This document shows positions 1 to 10,012 of a DNA stretch of 64,000 bases, one piece after another. The DNA lies in NCBI GenBank assembly GCA_002269645.1, contig NIVC01003028.1, positions 1-64,000 on the forward strand, given 5' to 3'. The notes under the pieces were generated by a model, which did no database searches, was not told the DNA's origin, and saw nothing but the letters and a program-made list of their open reading frames with translations. Made by a program: the position numbers and the translations under genes. The DNA is from Macrostomum lignano. Lineage: Eukaryota. Every line of letters begins with the position of its first letter. The first letter of the stretch is position 1.

Positions 1-1404
1 CTTTATCGGCACCTGCCAATACCCGGAATTCAAGTCCAGACTGCTAAAGTACTGGCTGCCGTCAGATTGGCAAAGGTTTCCTGGATATTAGGCAGGGGAT
101 AAGGATGATAACTGACCTTGGAATTCAGCATCCGAAAGTCGGCTACCACGCGAACTGACCCGTCCTTCTTAGGAACAATAACTAAAGGGGTAGAGTACGT
201 TGAGTAGGTGGCCAGATCAGCCCCTTCGCCAGGAGATCGTCAATCTGGCGGTCCACCTGTTCCTGAAGATGTGCGGCGGTATACGCGGGTGGGTATTCCG
301 ACCGGCTCGTGGTCCTTTAAATAAATCTCATGGGTTACCAAGTGGGTCAGGCCCATGTCTTCGTCATTCTTAGAAAAGGCCTCGCCACATTCTAACATGA
401 TCTGTCTAACAGCACTTCTCTGTCGTTCCGTCAAGTCTTCGCCTAAATTTACCTCATTAACCCACTCATCATTAGGGGGCTGTAGGTGATTCACCCGTGA
501 GACCTGGTGGTCCTCGGACAGGTACCTAAGTTCATTCGGCGCTAAGGGCTTGGCTACCCCAATGACCATAGACCTGGGTAAGGTAATAGCCTGATTAGAA
601 CGGTTAACCACTTCGATCACTCCGGTACCATCTCTCATCGTGAGTAGGGCCGGGCTACACGCCAGGATACCGGAACTCGTCCGTACTTCCCCTCCGTAGG
701 CCTCTACTATCATCATGGTCCCGTAATTATTTTCATTGCCATTCGCCAGTCTGATGGGCACGCGCAATGCGCTAGCAGCTGGCACCTCCAGTCTCTCAGT
801 CGAGAGCACTCTGCAGGTCCGTGGCGGAATCTTAGAATAGCAGATGGGGACACAAGCCCTGTTTTAAGGACAAGAACACCCTCCGGGAATTTAAGTGTCT
901 GACAATAACGGAGTGCAAACTCCATGCTAGAACATTCTCGGTGTCTTGTTTACACAGAAGGAATTTCGCTTCGACCCGGAGGTCACCTATCTGCACTTCG
1001 GCCTCGGCCTCGCCGAACAATTAAATATCTACGTCGCTAAAGGACAGAACACGTTCAGAACTCGGGCGAATTCCCCTACGGTTCTCTCCCACAAAGATTT
1101 TCTCCCAGGCACTTCTTGAGAGGAGATTCCTGGTTGAACCAGTATCAAGTAAGAAACAAGTATTCACTCCGTCGACCTTAGCGTACAAATAAGGATCTGT
1201 CGCTGTCCTGGGTCGCTCGAAGAACAATTCGGGTTCAAATTCACTAGTAGTAAGCAATGGCGGTTTGAACAGGGTCGGGCGAGTGTTCAAGGTGCAAGGC
1301 TTAGTGTTAAAATGAGCATTATTTACAGAATTTGAGGCATCAATCCCGTGGAATTCGGCGTCAGAGGGGTGCTGCCTCATACAGCCCTCCCTTCGGCGTT
1401 TCCC
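1..1404 (-). pseudogene. Gypsy pol (aspartic protease, spacer, RT N-terminus), interrupted
   Basis: Protease YAKVDGVNTCFLLDTGS (1021-1380); in-frame TAA at 1021-1023; frame changes near 928, 862, 275, 210 and 60. The pieces join into PR (..NVL[G]MEF), spacer, HLQEQVDRQIDDLLAKGLI and RT motifs. Confidence 0.85.
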
Positions 1405-2522
1405 GGCTGCCTAAAGTTCACTTTTGGCTGGCTTCCAGCCTTCGGAGCCTGTGGTTGATTGCGATTGGGTTCGCGGCACTCGCGGACAACGTGTCCGGGT
1501 ACACCACAGTTGAAGCAGACTACCTGACGCGGCTGCGTTGGCATCTGACCAGCTTGGTCAGTGCTTCGGCGTTGGCCTGCAGCATTCACTTCGCGTCGGT
1601 CACGCGGCGCATAACGGTCGCCTTGAGCCTGAGGCAGATAATAGCGTCTCTCTTGGCTCGGCTCCCGCTGGTAAGAGCTCCTATCACGGCGGTCACGGCT
1701 CATTCCCCTCTGTTGGCGGTACTGGAACCCGTAATCACGCCTCAGATACGCTTGCTGCGGCTGTCTGTCATCAGCTCTCCAGCGTTCAGACCTACGCCTA
1801 GCGTCTCTGTCGTTCAACAGCTCCTGAAGCAGCTTTCTCTGCTGCTGCAGCTCAGCTTGCTGCTGCTGCATAAACTCAGTGAACTTTAACTCGTCTTCAT
1901 TACGAGTGGTTCTACAGACTGGCTCCTTATTGACCTTGTGTGACATACTAAAAGCGGTTTCGATTCTGCGCAAGGTGCGCCTAGCTTCCTGAAGAGTGGC
2001 TACCTGAGCAAGAATCAATTTCTCCCTAGACTCTGGAGTAATCCTAGCATTCCTAATAAACTGTTCCACGATCTCTACCTGAACCTGTTCTTCAGTGAAA
2101 TGCGGAAAAGCATTAGCAGCTAGCTCGATCAAACTGTCCGCAAATTCATCAATAGTCTCAGTTTTCCTATGATGTCTCATTCTAAATTCTTCTCTAAATT
2201 CTGCTGTGCTACCTAGTTTCCCAAATCTTTCAATAAGTCTAGCCTTAAATTCTTCGTAAGTTAAGTAATCGGGCAGATTCATGCACTTGACCGAAGCAAA
2301 CGTGGTGCCAAGGTCCGAGTTCAACATGATCTCCTGCTTAAATTGATCTCTAGGAATACCTTCGATCTCACATCTCTGCTCTAAGGCTGCAATCCAAACC
2401 CTCACATCCTGATTAGGAGTAAATTTTTGGATCTTAACATGCCTAGTAGGTTGGCGGATCTCCAGCCTTTGGTGGAGCTGCTCAGTCAAAGCTTCGATAA
2501 GATTATTAAGAGGATTATCCAT
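1377..2522 (-). CDS. gag: Gypsy Gag (381 aa from first ATG) with C-terminal CX2CX4HX4C zinc knuckle
   Basis: Open ORF; ATG at 2522; capsid-like helical region; CFNCGVPGHVVREC knuckle; lies downstream of PBS and upstream of protease. Confidence 0.9.
   Translation of the reverse strand: MDNPLNNLIEALTEQLHQRLEIRQPTRHVKIQKFTPNQDVRVWIAALEQRCEIEGIPRDQFKQEIMLNSDLGTTFASVKCMNLPDYLTYEEFKARLIERFGKLGSTAEFREEFRMRHHRKTETIDEFADSLIELAANAFPHFTEEQVQVEIVEQFIRNARITPESREKLILAQVATLQEARRTLRRIETAFSMSHKVNKEPVCRTTRNEDELKFTEFMQQQQAELQQQRKLLQELLNDRDARRRSERWRADDRQPQQAYLRRDYGFQYRQQRGMSRDRRDRSSYQREPSQERRYYLPQAQGDRYAPRDRREVNAAGQRRSTDQAGQMPTQPRQVVCFNCGVPGHVVRECREPNRNQPQAPKAGSQPKVNFRQPGNAEGRAV
1398..1404 (-). promoter_or_regulatory. 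-1 ribosomal frameshift slippery heptamer G GGA AAC
   Basis: X XXY YYZ in gag frame 7 codons before the gag stop; the -1 frame is open from here into the protease frame. Confidence 0.75.
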
Positions 2523-2576
2523 GATAAAAGAATTGTAGTTGAAGGAACGCAAGCAAGTAAATTTTGGCCTACTCTA

Positions 2577-2595
2577 AATCCCACCGCTGCCACCA
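2577..2595 (-). promoter_or_regulatory. Primer binding site complementary to the tRNA-Leu 3' end
   Basis: Minus strand TGGTGGCAGCGGTGGGATT, 2 nt after ...TTTTACA; plus strand AATCCCACCGCTGCCACCA matches the metazoan tRNA-Leu(AAG/TAG-type) 3' end including CCA, from recall. Confidence 0.85.
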
Positions 2596-2597
2596 GT

Positions 2598-3624
2598 TGT
2601 AAAAGGTGTCAAAATCGCCGGTTTTACGACGTCGTTAGTAAAATGTGGTTTACTACTCCCAACGCTGGAACACCAATTGTAAAAGATTCGAACTTCTAGC
2701 GACTTCACGATGTTAATTATGAATTTAGCTACGAACTGACTATCGACGCTAAACTGGCTACTGCTGGCTAGTAGTCTACAGCGAACATAAACCTAGCGAG
2801 GAACTCAGACGGGCCTCTTGGCGCGAGTGACCTATAATTTCCTATGGGCCTCTTGGTTGCGGAAATAGAACTTCTCCTATGGGACTCTTGGTTACTAGCG
2901 TCTTTGTTCTCCGGTAGACTCTAACTCACTGGCACTTTAAGACTACTATGACTCAGCGTCTGACCTAGTCCAGACGGGTCTCTTGGTATCGAACTCTTAG
3001 CGAGCAGAGTGATTATTCCTCTATTCCCGAGTGACAAGAGTTCTCGAATATTCCTAACTTATGGTAGCTTTCAGATATGTGGCCTAAGGCAATACTGCTT
3101 ATCTTGCACCAGCCGAAGAGCGGTACCCTGAGATGATCTGATAGAGTAATGCCACTAATTTCTTGATAAATTAAGTTCCCCAATGTATCGATATTCAGTT
3201 TCAATCCCAAAAACTATTATTGTCACGAAAGGTAGGTCGCTGCCACCAATCGAAGCTATGATTAAATTGACTGAGACAAAAACCGCTATCAAAGAAGATT
3301 TGAATATTAGAGCTAACACTCAAGCTGGATAAATAGAACTTAATGAACTTGGCAATTGTAATAATAATTATTAAACGATAAGTTAGCAAGTTGGAAACTA
3401 ACGCAACAGCAAACAATAATAATCAACCTTAACAATAATAATTAACAAAACACAAATATAAGCTCGGCCTCCTGTGTCCTTACTAACACAGTATGTTAGA
3501 GCTAAGATTTAGTTTGCTATGCTAACTATAAGTACTTAGGAGCAGCGCTCAACCAAGACTTGACGTTTGCTAATAACTAGCCATGAACTATTAGATTAAC
3601 AGGCACACTGGGCCGATCTTACAA
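2598..3624 (-). repeat. Putative 5' LTR (TGTAA...TTACA)
   Basis: Minus strand begins TGTAAGATCG at 3624 and ends TTTTACA at 2678 or 2598. An alternative start TGTGACAGGG near 3942 cannot be excluded; the 3' LTR is outside the window. Confidence 0.5.
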
Positions 3625-4204
3625 GTCAATAACTATCGGGAGCACACAGTCCGGGCTAAGTTGCAACTCAGGCCAGAGCAAAGGGCCAACGGCAAAAAAA
3701 ACGAGCGCAGATTCGAAATGGTGCGCACGGTATTTATATACTCGCAGAATGAGTGCATTAAAACAACTGGTGGGCCTCCTGGCACAAAATACGTTAACCT
3801 AATCGTTTTCGCATGTGCAAGAGCTTTCAGTGAATTAATAGCGCATGTTAGTAACACCCTTTAAGTCAGTGAAATGTTAGTAATAAATATTCGTAATTAA
3901 TAACTTCACGTAATAACGACAACTGTCTATTAGCCCTGTCACAATACGAGTGCTAGCTACAAAGAAATTTCTGATTTAGTAATTTTTAATTGCATTATAT
4001 TACGATACAACAATGCAGGCGGCAATTATTATATATTGCAATTTGAAGATCACTGCTAATAAGCACGATAAAGAGAGTCATTAGAGCGAAAAACGCAAAT
4101 TTATTTGTCCTGCATGATAAGTCCTGCGAAGTTTCTTGCGAAATTGGACAAGAAAAAATGTCTCTAGCAAATTATAACTTCGTAAATTGCTGTTCGCCGG
4201 TTTT

Positions 4205-4490
4205 GGTTTCAGATTTCGGCTAGCAAAATCCTCGCTAGCAAAATTCCTGCTAGCAAACTTCGGCTAGCAGATTTCGGCTAGCAAAATCCTCGCTGGCAAA
4301 ATTCCTGCTAGCAAACTTCGGCTAGCAGATTTCGGCTAGCGGATTTCGGCTAGCAAACTTCGGCTAGCAGATTTCGTCTAGCAGATTTCGGCTAGCACAT
4401 TTCGGCTAGCACATTTCGGCTAGCAAACTTCGGCTAGCAGATTTCGGCTAGCAAATTTCTCGCTAGCAAACTTCGGCTAGCAAATTTCAT
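4205..4490. repeat. About 14-bp minisatellite (GCTAGCAGATTTCG variants)
   Basis: Roughly 20 units each containing GCTAGC. Confidence 0.9.
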
Positions 4491-4498
4491 AGACCCGA

Positions 4499-4917
4499 AA
4501 AACTAGATAGGCCACTCAGCACATTTGCGTGTAATGTACTTTCAGTTCAGTAGTAAGTTAAACAGAAACATTTTAATGTATTTTAAAGCCAAGGCTCAGT
4601 TATTAGCTCTTACCCCCCCCCCCAGTTTAAACCCTCTAAGCGCGCCTTTCCACACTACCCCCCGCCCCACCCCAATTTTTATTGCCTCTCGGAATTCCAG
4701 CCTAAAGCTGCCATGTACATCTCAGTGCACTGGCTAATGTACATTGTTGCTGAACCAATTAGCAAGTTGTTTACGCCTGCAAGCTTGGGCTTCTAAACTT
4801 ATCAAAGTCATTTCAGTTGCCTTTATCTTTATAAAATAGTTTTATGTATTCTTATTTGCTACTGAACTGAAAGTAGAAAGCTGTTTTACTAAGTATATGT
4901 GTCTATCTAGTCATTTT
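4499..4917 (-). mobile_element. MITE-like element, copy 1 (about 420 bp)
   Basis: Homologous to 5931-6348 and 11156-11592 in opposite orientation; imperfect terminal inverted repeats ACTAGATAGGCCACTCAG and inner CTTTCAGTTCAGTAG/CTACTGAACTGAAAG; no ORF. Confidence 0.8.
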
Positions 4918-5079
4918 TTTTCCGTGATCATCAACTACAGTGGTGTATTCTTCTGTCTAATTATTGTCACCTATGCACTAACTACTATGCACTAATTACT
5001 ATGCACTAACTACAATTAGTTGCAAAGATATTTTTAAAAGGCATTATGCCAATCGGACTACGTGATTTTTTACTTACAG

Positions 5080-5158
5080 CAAGCGAACCGTGGCACTGAA
5101 GACAAGCGGTTGCAGCTCTTTAGACGACTGCATTGCTGCTCTGTTTACAACTAGTCAG
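5080..5158 (+). CDS. PMS2: PMS2 internal exon (KRTVALKTSGCSSLDDCIAALFTTSQ)
   Basis: ttacag|C...CAG|gtaagg; resembles the PMS2 segment [26 protein letters not shown]; phase 2 in, phase 0 out. Confidence 0.75.
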
Positions 5159-5169
5159 GTAAGGTTTAT

Positions 5170-5405
5170 TGTATTTTTTCTATAATTTAATGTACTGTTG
5201 TCAATTAAGGGTATTTGAGCTGTGCCGACTTGCAGGCAGTCCAGCACGCGCTCAATGTGTGCAGCGGCACTGACTTTCTGATCGTCAGGCATGTACACTC
5301 TCTGTGCCTTTCGTTCATAGGCCCCAAACGAATGCGGCCGCACACGGAGTTGAACCAGGGATCGTGGGTTGAGGGTCAGAGGCGTCTACCTCTGAGCTGC
5401 TAACA
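5170..5405 (-). mobile_element. tRNA-derived SINE-like element (family distinct from the CORE-SINE)
   Basis: Minus strand GCAGCTCAGAGGTAGA (A box) ... GGTTCAACTCC (B box); anticodon stem unpaired; about 170 bp body and A-rich end; 3' boundary approximate. Confidence 0.5.
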
Positions 5406-5460
5406 CCTCAGTTTGTGTCTTTTTTGTTGTAGTTTAAAAGCCTAATTTCATTCACCACAG

Positions 5461-5573
5461 GCGAAGTCACTGCTGCCGCTGTGCAGTCCGGATAGCTGGC
5501 TCCAGATTCTACCGGAGGATCAGCGGCCGAGGTCAATTACTGATAGCCAGGAGAGGATTCTGCAGGAAATGGA
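5461..5573 (+). CDS. PMS2: PMS2 internal exon (AKSLLPL...LQEM)
   Basis: ccacag|GCG...GA|gtgagt; phase 0 to 2, compatible with both neighbours; aligns with LQSLIPF region. Confidence 0.75.
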
Positions 5574-5930
5574 GTGAGTCTGTTATACCTAGTTATACCT
5601 ATATCTAGCATATACCAAGATTTTAAATTTGCTATAATTTGCACGTGTTATTTTAACTTCAAATTCAAGGATATCAAAATCTGGGAGCTCAAACCTTCAT
5701 AGAGTCAGAAGTGTTGGCAGCCTAGCCGCCATGTCCCACCCGGGTACATTCCTGAAGTTTGCAGTGCTTAATTGTCAAATTTTATTATTCTCTAACGTAC
5801 AATTATGCATTTCAAAATTTCACATTGAGCAAAATCCTACGGATTAGTGTGGCGAACAAACCATAAAGCACTCTCTATGTGAGCGTATGGATAGCTAGTC
5901 ATATATTTTGCAGTTCTTAGTTTTACCCAC

Positions 5931-6348
5931 ATACTAAAATAACTAGATGGGCCACTCAGGCATTTATACTTAGTAAAACAGCTTTCTACTTTCAGTTCAG
6001 TAGCAAAGAAGAATACATAAGCTATTTTATAAAGAAGGCAGCTGAAATAACTTTGATAAGTTTAGAAGCCCAAGCTTGCAGGCGTAAACAGCTTGCTAAT
6101 TGGTTCAGTAATAATGTACACTAGCCAGTCCACTGAAATGTACATGGCAGCTTTAGGCTGGAATTCCGAGAAAGGCAATAAAATTTGGGCGGGGCGGTTG
6201 GAGGATTTTTTTGGCTAAGGGTTAAGAGCCAATAAATCAGCCTTGGCTTCAAAATACATTAAAATGCTTCTGTTTAACTAACTACTGAACTGAAAGTAGC
6301 TTACACGCAAATGCAAATGTTCTGAGTGGCCCATCTAGCTATTCTAGT
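5931..6348 (+). mobile_element. MITE-like element, copy 2
   Basis: ATACTAAAATAACTAGATGGGCCACTCAG ... CTGAGTGGCCCATCTAGCTATTCTAGT. Confidence 0.85.
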
Positions 6349-6415
6349 TTGTATTAAAATATATAGTATAGTTATATAGTTAAGCTCGTAAATGTCAAAT
6401 TCGAACCATTCCTAG

Positions 6416-6600
6416 TCTGAGCGGCCGCATCTCCAGTCCGCTGCCTGGCATGGGCCGGCCGGCAGGTGACAGGCAGTTCTTCTACATCAACAACAGGCCG
6501 TGCCAGCTACCAAGGCTAGCCAGACTAGTTAACGAAGTCTATAAGCTGTACAACAGGACTCAGCATCCGTTTGTTATTATGCACTTGCGGCTGCCGACCG
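6416..6600 (+). CDS. PMS2: PMS2 exon, MutL transducer domain
   Basis: LSGRISSP..GRPAGDRQFFYINNRPCQLPRLARLVNEVYKLYNRTQHPF; cctag| acceptor, |gtgaga donor. Confidence 0.92.
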
Positions 6601-6636
6601 GTGAGACGGGGTGGGCCCCTGGCATTGGGTAGAGTT

Positions 6637-7050
6637 CGCTCACTGAAGGAACTTGGGGAGGGGCGGAAGCGGCACTCACTGAAGGATCTGAGGGGTTCAC
6701 TGAAGGATCTGAGGGGTAGCGGCACTCACTGAAGGATCTGAGGGGTAGCGGCACTCACTGAAGGATCTGAGGGGTAGCGGCACTCACTGAAGGATCTGAG
6801 GGGTAGCGGCACTCACTGAAGGATCTGAGGGGTAGCGGCACTCACTGAAGGATCTGAGGGGTAGCGGCACTCACTGAAGGATCTGAGGGGTAGCGGCACT
6901 CACTGAAGGATCTGAGGGGTAGCGGCACTCACTGAAGGATCTGAGGGTTAGCGGCACTCACTGAAGGATCTGAGGGGTAGCGGCACTCACTGAAGGATCT
7001 GAGGGGTAGCGGCACTCACTGAAGGATCTGAGGGGTAGCTGCCCTTCCTC
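6637..7050. repeat. 29-bp minisatellite in PMS2 intron (CACTCACTGAAGGATCTGAGGGGTAGCGG)
   Basis: About 12-13 near-identical units. Confidence 0.95.
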
Positions 7051-7195
7051 AAGCGCCTGAGGGGTGGCCGCACTCACTGAAAGGCTGATCTAAAGGTTAG
7101 CAGCGATGAAGGACCTGAATGTTTGCACGATTTGATTGAGGCGCCTTCTCAGTGATTTTACCTTAATCGTCCCTGAATCCAATCCATCCTCTCAG

Positions 7196-7464
7196 ACGCT
7201 ATCGACGTGAATCTGACCCCGGATAAGCGGTCAATATACCTGTGCCACGAGCACCTGCTTACAGCTTGTCTCAAAGCCCAGCTGCAGCAACGGCTGGATC
7301 TGGCCAACGGCTGCTTGTCCATGCCAGTCAGGGGCCTCGGGCCCGGCCTAACCGACTATCCCGCCGCACCCGTCCTGGCGAGTAGCCAGCAGGCGTCCGT
7401 CTCCGTTGATGCCGACCCGCCTGACAGCAGCAGCGGAGCGAATTCGCCTACGCCAATTTGTCGG
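7196..7464 (+). CDS. PMS2: PMS2 exon (DAIDVNLTPDKRSIYL)
   Basis: Conserved MutL DVNxTPDKR motif; ctcag| acceptor phase 1; CGG|gtgggt donor phase 0. Confidence 0.88.
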
Positions 7465-8475
7465 GTGGGTGTTAAGCTGGTGGCTGTTTTTCGTTATATA
7501 TAGGGGTTAAGTTGAGGCTATGCTAACTTTACCAACTAGTTTCCCGTGTAAAACGTTTCCCGTTTAAGTCATTGCAAACAAATCACAAGTGACTCTAGCG
7601 ACTCCTGTGACTTTTTAATGACTTTTTAACGGAAAGGCAACTGTTGAGTCACAAGGGCATCACTTGAGTTGTTGAATCGTAAGAGTCGCAAAAAAATCGT
7701 CCAAGATTCGTTGTGTTAGCACTTAACTTTTTACTAACTTTGTAGACTAAATAGAGTTGATATAATTGTGAAATGCGACTTCAATAATTCATAAAGTGAT
7801 GCAGATGGGGGTATCAGCACCCCCAGAGTCATTGCAGAAACGCCCCAGTGTCACTTGCAACGCCACAGAGTCGCAGACAATAAAACGTCTCAAATTGACT
7901 CTTAGGCGACTCTGACGACTTTTGGCGACTTGCACCGTGACAGCTCGTCGTTATAGAGTCATCTATTTTACTATTTCCCATTTCCTATATCTTCTCCCAT
8001 CTCTCATCTGGCCTCTCTCCTCTCATCTTCTCAAGGATAGCAGAATGATTTAGTAATTGACAGCCTAGCGTTTTTTAAGCGGCTGAATTACAGTGCCATT
8101 TGGCATTCTGAATTTGGACCAAGGATGCCAGCTGGCATCAGTTTCAAAATTCAGAATCAGATAAAATGCCTACATCTCCACCCTGCCCTTCACACTGTTG
8201 AGCCTCTGATCCACAAAATTTTCACAAGTCTACAGACTCCATTTTTTCAGATGACTCAATTTTGACAATTGATAAACATTTGGAAATCTCATGAATCTTA
8301 ATACTTATAAAAGTATTGATACTTGTCGCCGAAGGCGTTGCGCTAGAGGGTCCACAACCCTAGCCTCTTGCGCATATTTATTTTTCCCTCTCTCGTCGAA
8401 GACCAGCTAGACGCTAAGAAACTCAGAAAACGTACTCGCTTGCACCGTATAACACTTTGTTTCGATTTCCTCCAG

Positions 8476-8686
8476 AGCCAATCGCCTGTTTTGTCATCAA
8501 CGCTTGCGGTTGCTGATGAGGCAGTCGCCGACACCGACGCGGTGACTGGCAAGTCCGCTCTGGAAAAACTTCGCTCCGCTTTTGCCTGTTCAAAGTCTCG
8601 CTCTACCGGAGCAGCCACGGAGTACGCGCCCGTTGCAAAGTCGCCATTGACTAAATCTAATTCTGCGCGCTCTCCGCCGAGGAAAC
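8476..8686 (+). CDS. PMS2: PMS2 linker exon (..KSALEKLRSAF..)
   Basis: ttcctccag|AGC phase 0; LEKLRSAF resembles the PMS2 linker motif; donor AAC|gtaaat phase 1 pairs with tttgcag| at 8921 and removes two stops. Confidence 0.7.
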
Positions 8687-8921
8687 GTAAATTTGAAAAA
8701 CACATTACTTTTTGGCCTTGAAATCCTTTGTCCATATCAAATAGTTGGCACCGGAAAGTCTCCTCTAAAAGATGCAACACCAGAAAAATGCAAAAATGTC
8801 CCTACAAGATTCACCAACGCGAAAATCATCGCTAGAAAACTGACAGTAGAAAAATCGCTCCTCGAAGATTCCAAATAGAAAATTCGCCATTTAAACAGTT
8901 CCGACGCCACATCATTTGCAG

Positions 8922-10012
8922 GGCAAAAGTCGCTCGCCGCCTTCTGGTCACCAGCCAGCATGCGACCAGTTGCTGGCGACGAAGATGGGGACGAAAGTAC
9001 TGAAACAGTCGAGGCTGCTGGAAATCTCTCGAAGTCGTCCAAGCTAGACATCCCCCGGATGGTCACGGTTGAAAAGCCAGACAGCAACGACGAAGCAGAC
9101 GACGAGGCCGCAATCCAGCCGGAGGAGGATTTTGTCTACGACGACTGTCCAGAATTTGGCGGCTGCAACGACCCGGCGTTGACCGCCGCCGCCCGGCCTC
9201 GAATTGTTTGTCCGTTCCGGCCAGACCGGCTGCTTCAGCTGTACGAAACAGACGCCGACTGTCGCACGGACGATTCCTTACATGCGCGCTTCCGGGCGCG
9301 TATCCGACCGGAAGAGAGCGCCGCCGCCGAAGCCGAGCTGCGCGCCAGCCTGGATCGCGACGGCCTGCGTCGGCTCCGCCCCATAGGCCAGTTCAACCTG
9401 GGCTTCCTGCCCTCCCTGCTGGACTCCAGCGGCGACCTGTTCCTAGTAGACCAGCACGCGGCCGATGAAAAGTGCCGATTCGAAGCGTTGCAACGCAGCG
9501 ACGGTTGTCACCTGACCCGACAGCCCTTGGCCGCGCCTAAACAGCTGCGGCTCACCTTTGCCCAAGAGGAAACTGTCGCGTCCGCCCTGCCCAGATTCTC
9601 GGCCGCCAGATTCGATATGGAATTCGATAGCGAAGCACCTGTTGGTAGTCGATTGAAATTGCTATCTGTGCCGCTCGGACTTGGCAAGTGGAGCTTCGGA
9701 CTGTCGGATCTCGAGGAGCTCATCGAGCTGGTGTCAACGGACGGCGACGGCTCCAGCGAAGTGTCTGCCGAGGCGACGCTGCCGCCGCCGCCACTGCTGC
9801 TGCCTAGCCGGGTTCGCGCCATGCTGGCTAGCAGGGCCTGTCGATCAGCCGTTATGATCGGCGACGCTCTTGACGCCAGGCAGCGGGCGAGAATCCTCGC
9901 TAGCCTGGCCGAACTGGACCAGCCATGGAATTGTCCGCACGGCAGGCCGACTATTCGTCACCTGTTACACGTGCCGGACGCGCTCAAGTCTGTGCCGCTG
10001 TATCCGGAATGA
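8922..10012 (+). CDS. PMS2: PMS2 terminal exon, C-terminal endonuclease/dimerisation domain
   Basis: IGQFNLGF, DQHAADEK metal-binding motif, ACRSAVMIG, WNCPHGRPT; AATAAA near 10220. Confidence 0.95.

Larger units (their letters stand above)
1..3624 (-). mobile_element. Ty3/Gypsy LTR retrotransposon, 5' portion (LTR-PBS-gag-PR-spacer-RT start); continues beyond the window start
   Basis: Order LTR end (TTTTACA), PBS, CCHC gag, LLDTGS protease, then RT motifs PLVIVPKKDGSVRVVADFRMLN and YFSSLDLNSGYWQVPI read by hand at 1-200. PR-RT order and motifs are typical of Ty3/Gypsy. The 5' boundary is uncertain. Confidence 0.9.

Noticed and set aside
7540-7960. Region rich in GACTC/GAGTC/GCGAC motifs
   Set aside because: Could be a decayed MITE, but I could not define termini or a second copy.
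8687-8921. Apparent frameshift and stop in PMS2 (ORFs 8368-8721, 8693-8878)
   Set aside because: Resolved by a phase-1 GT-AG intron; no need to invoke a pseudogene.
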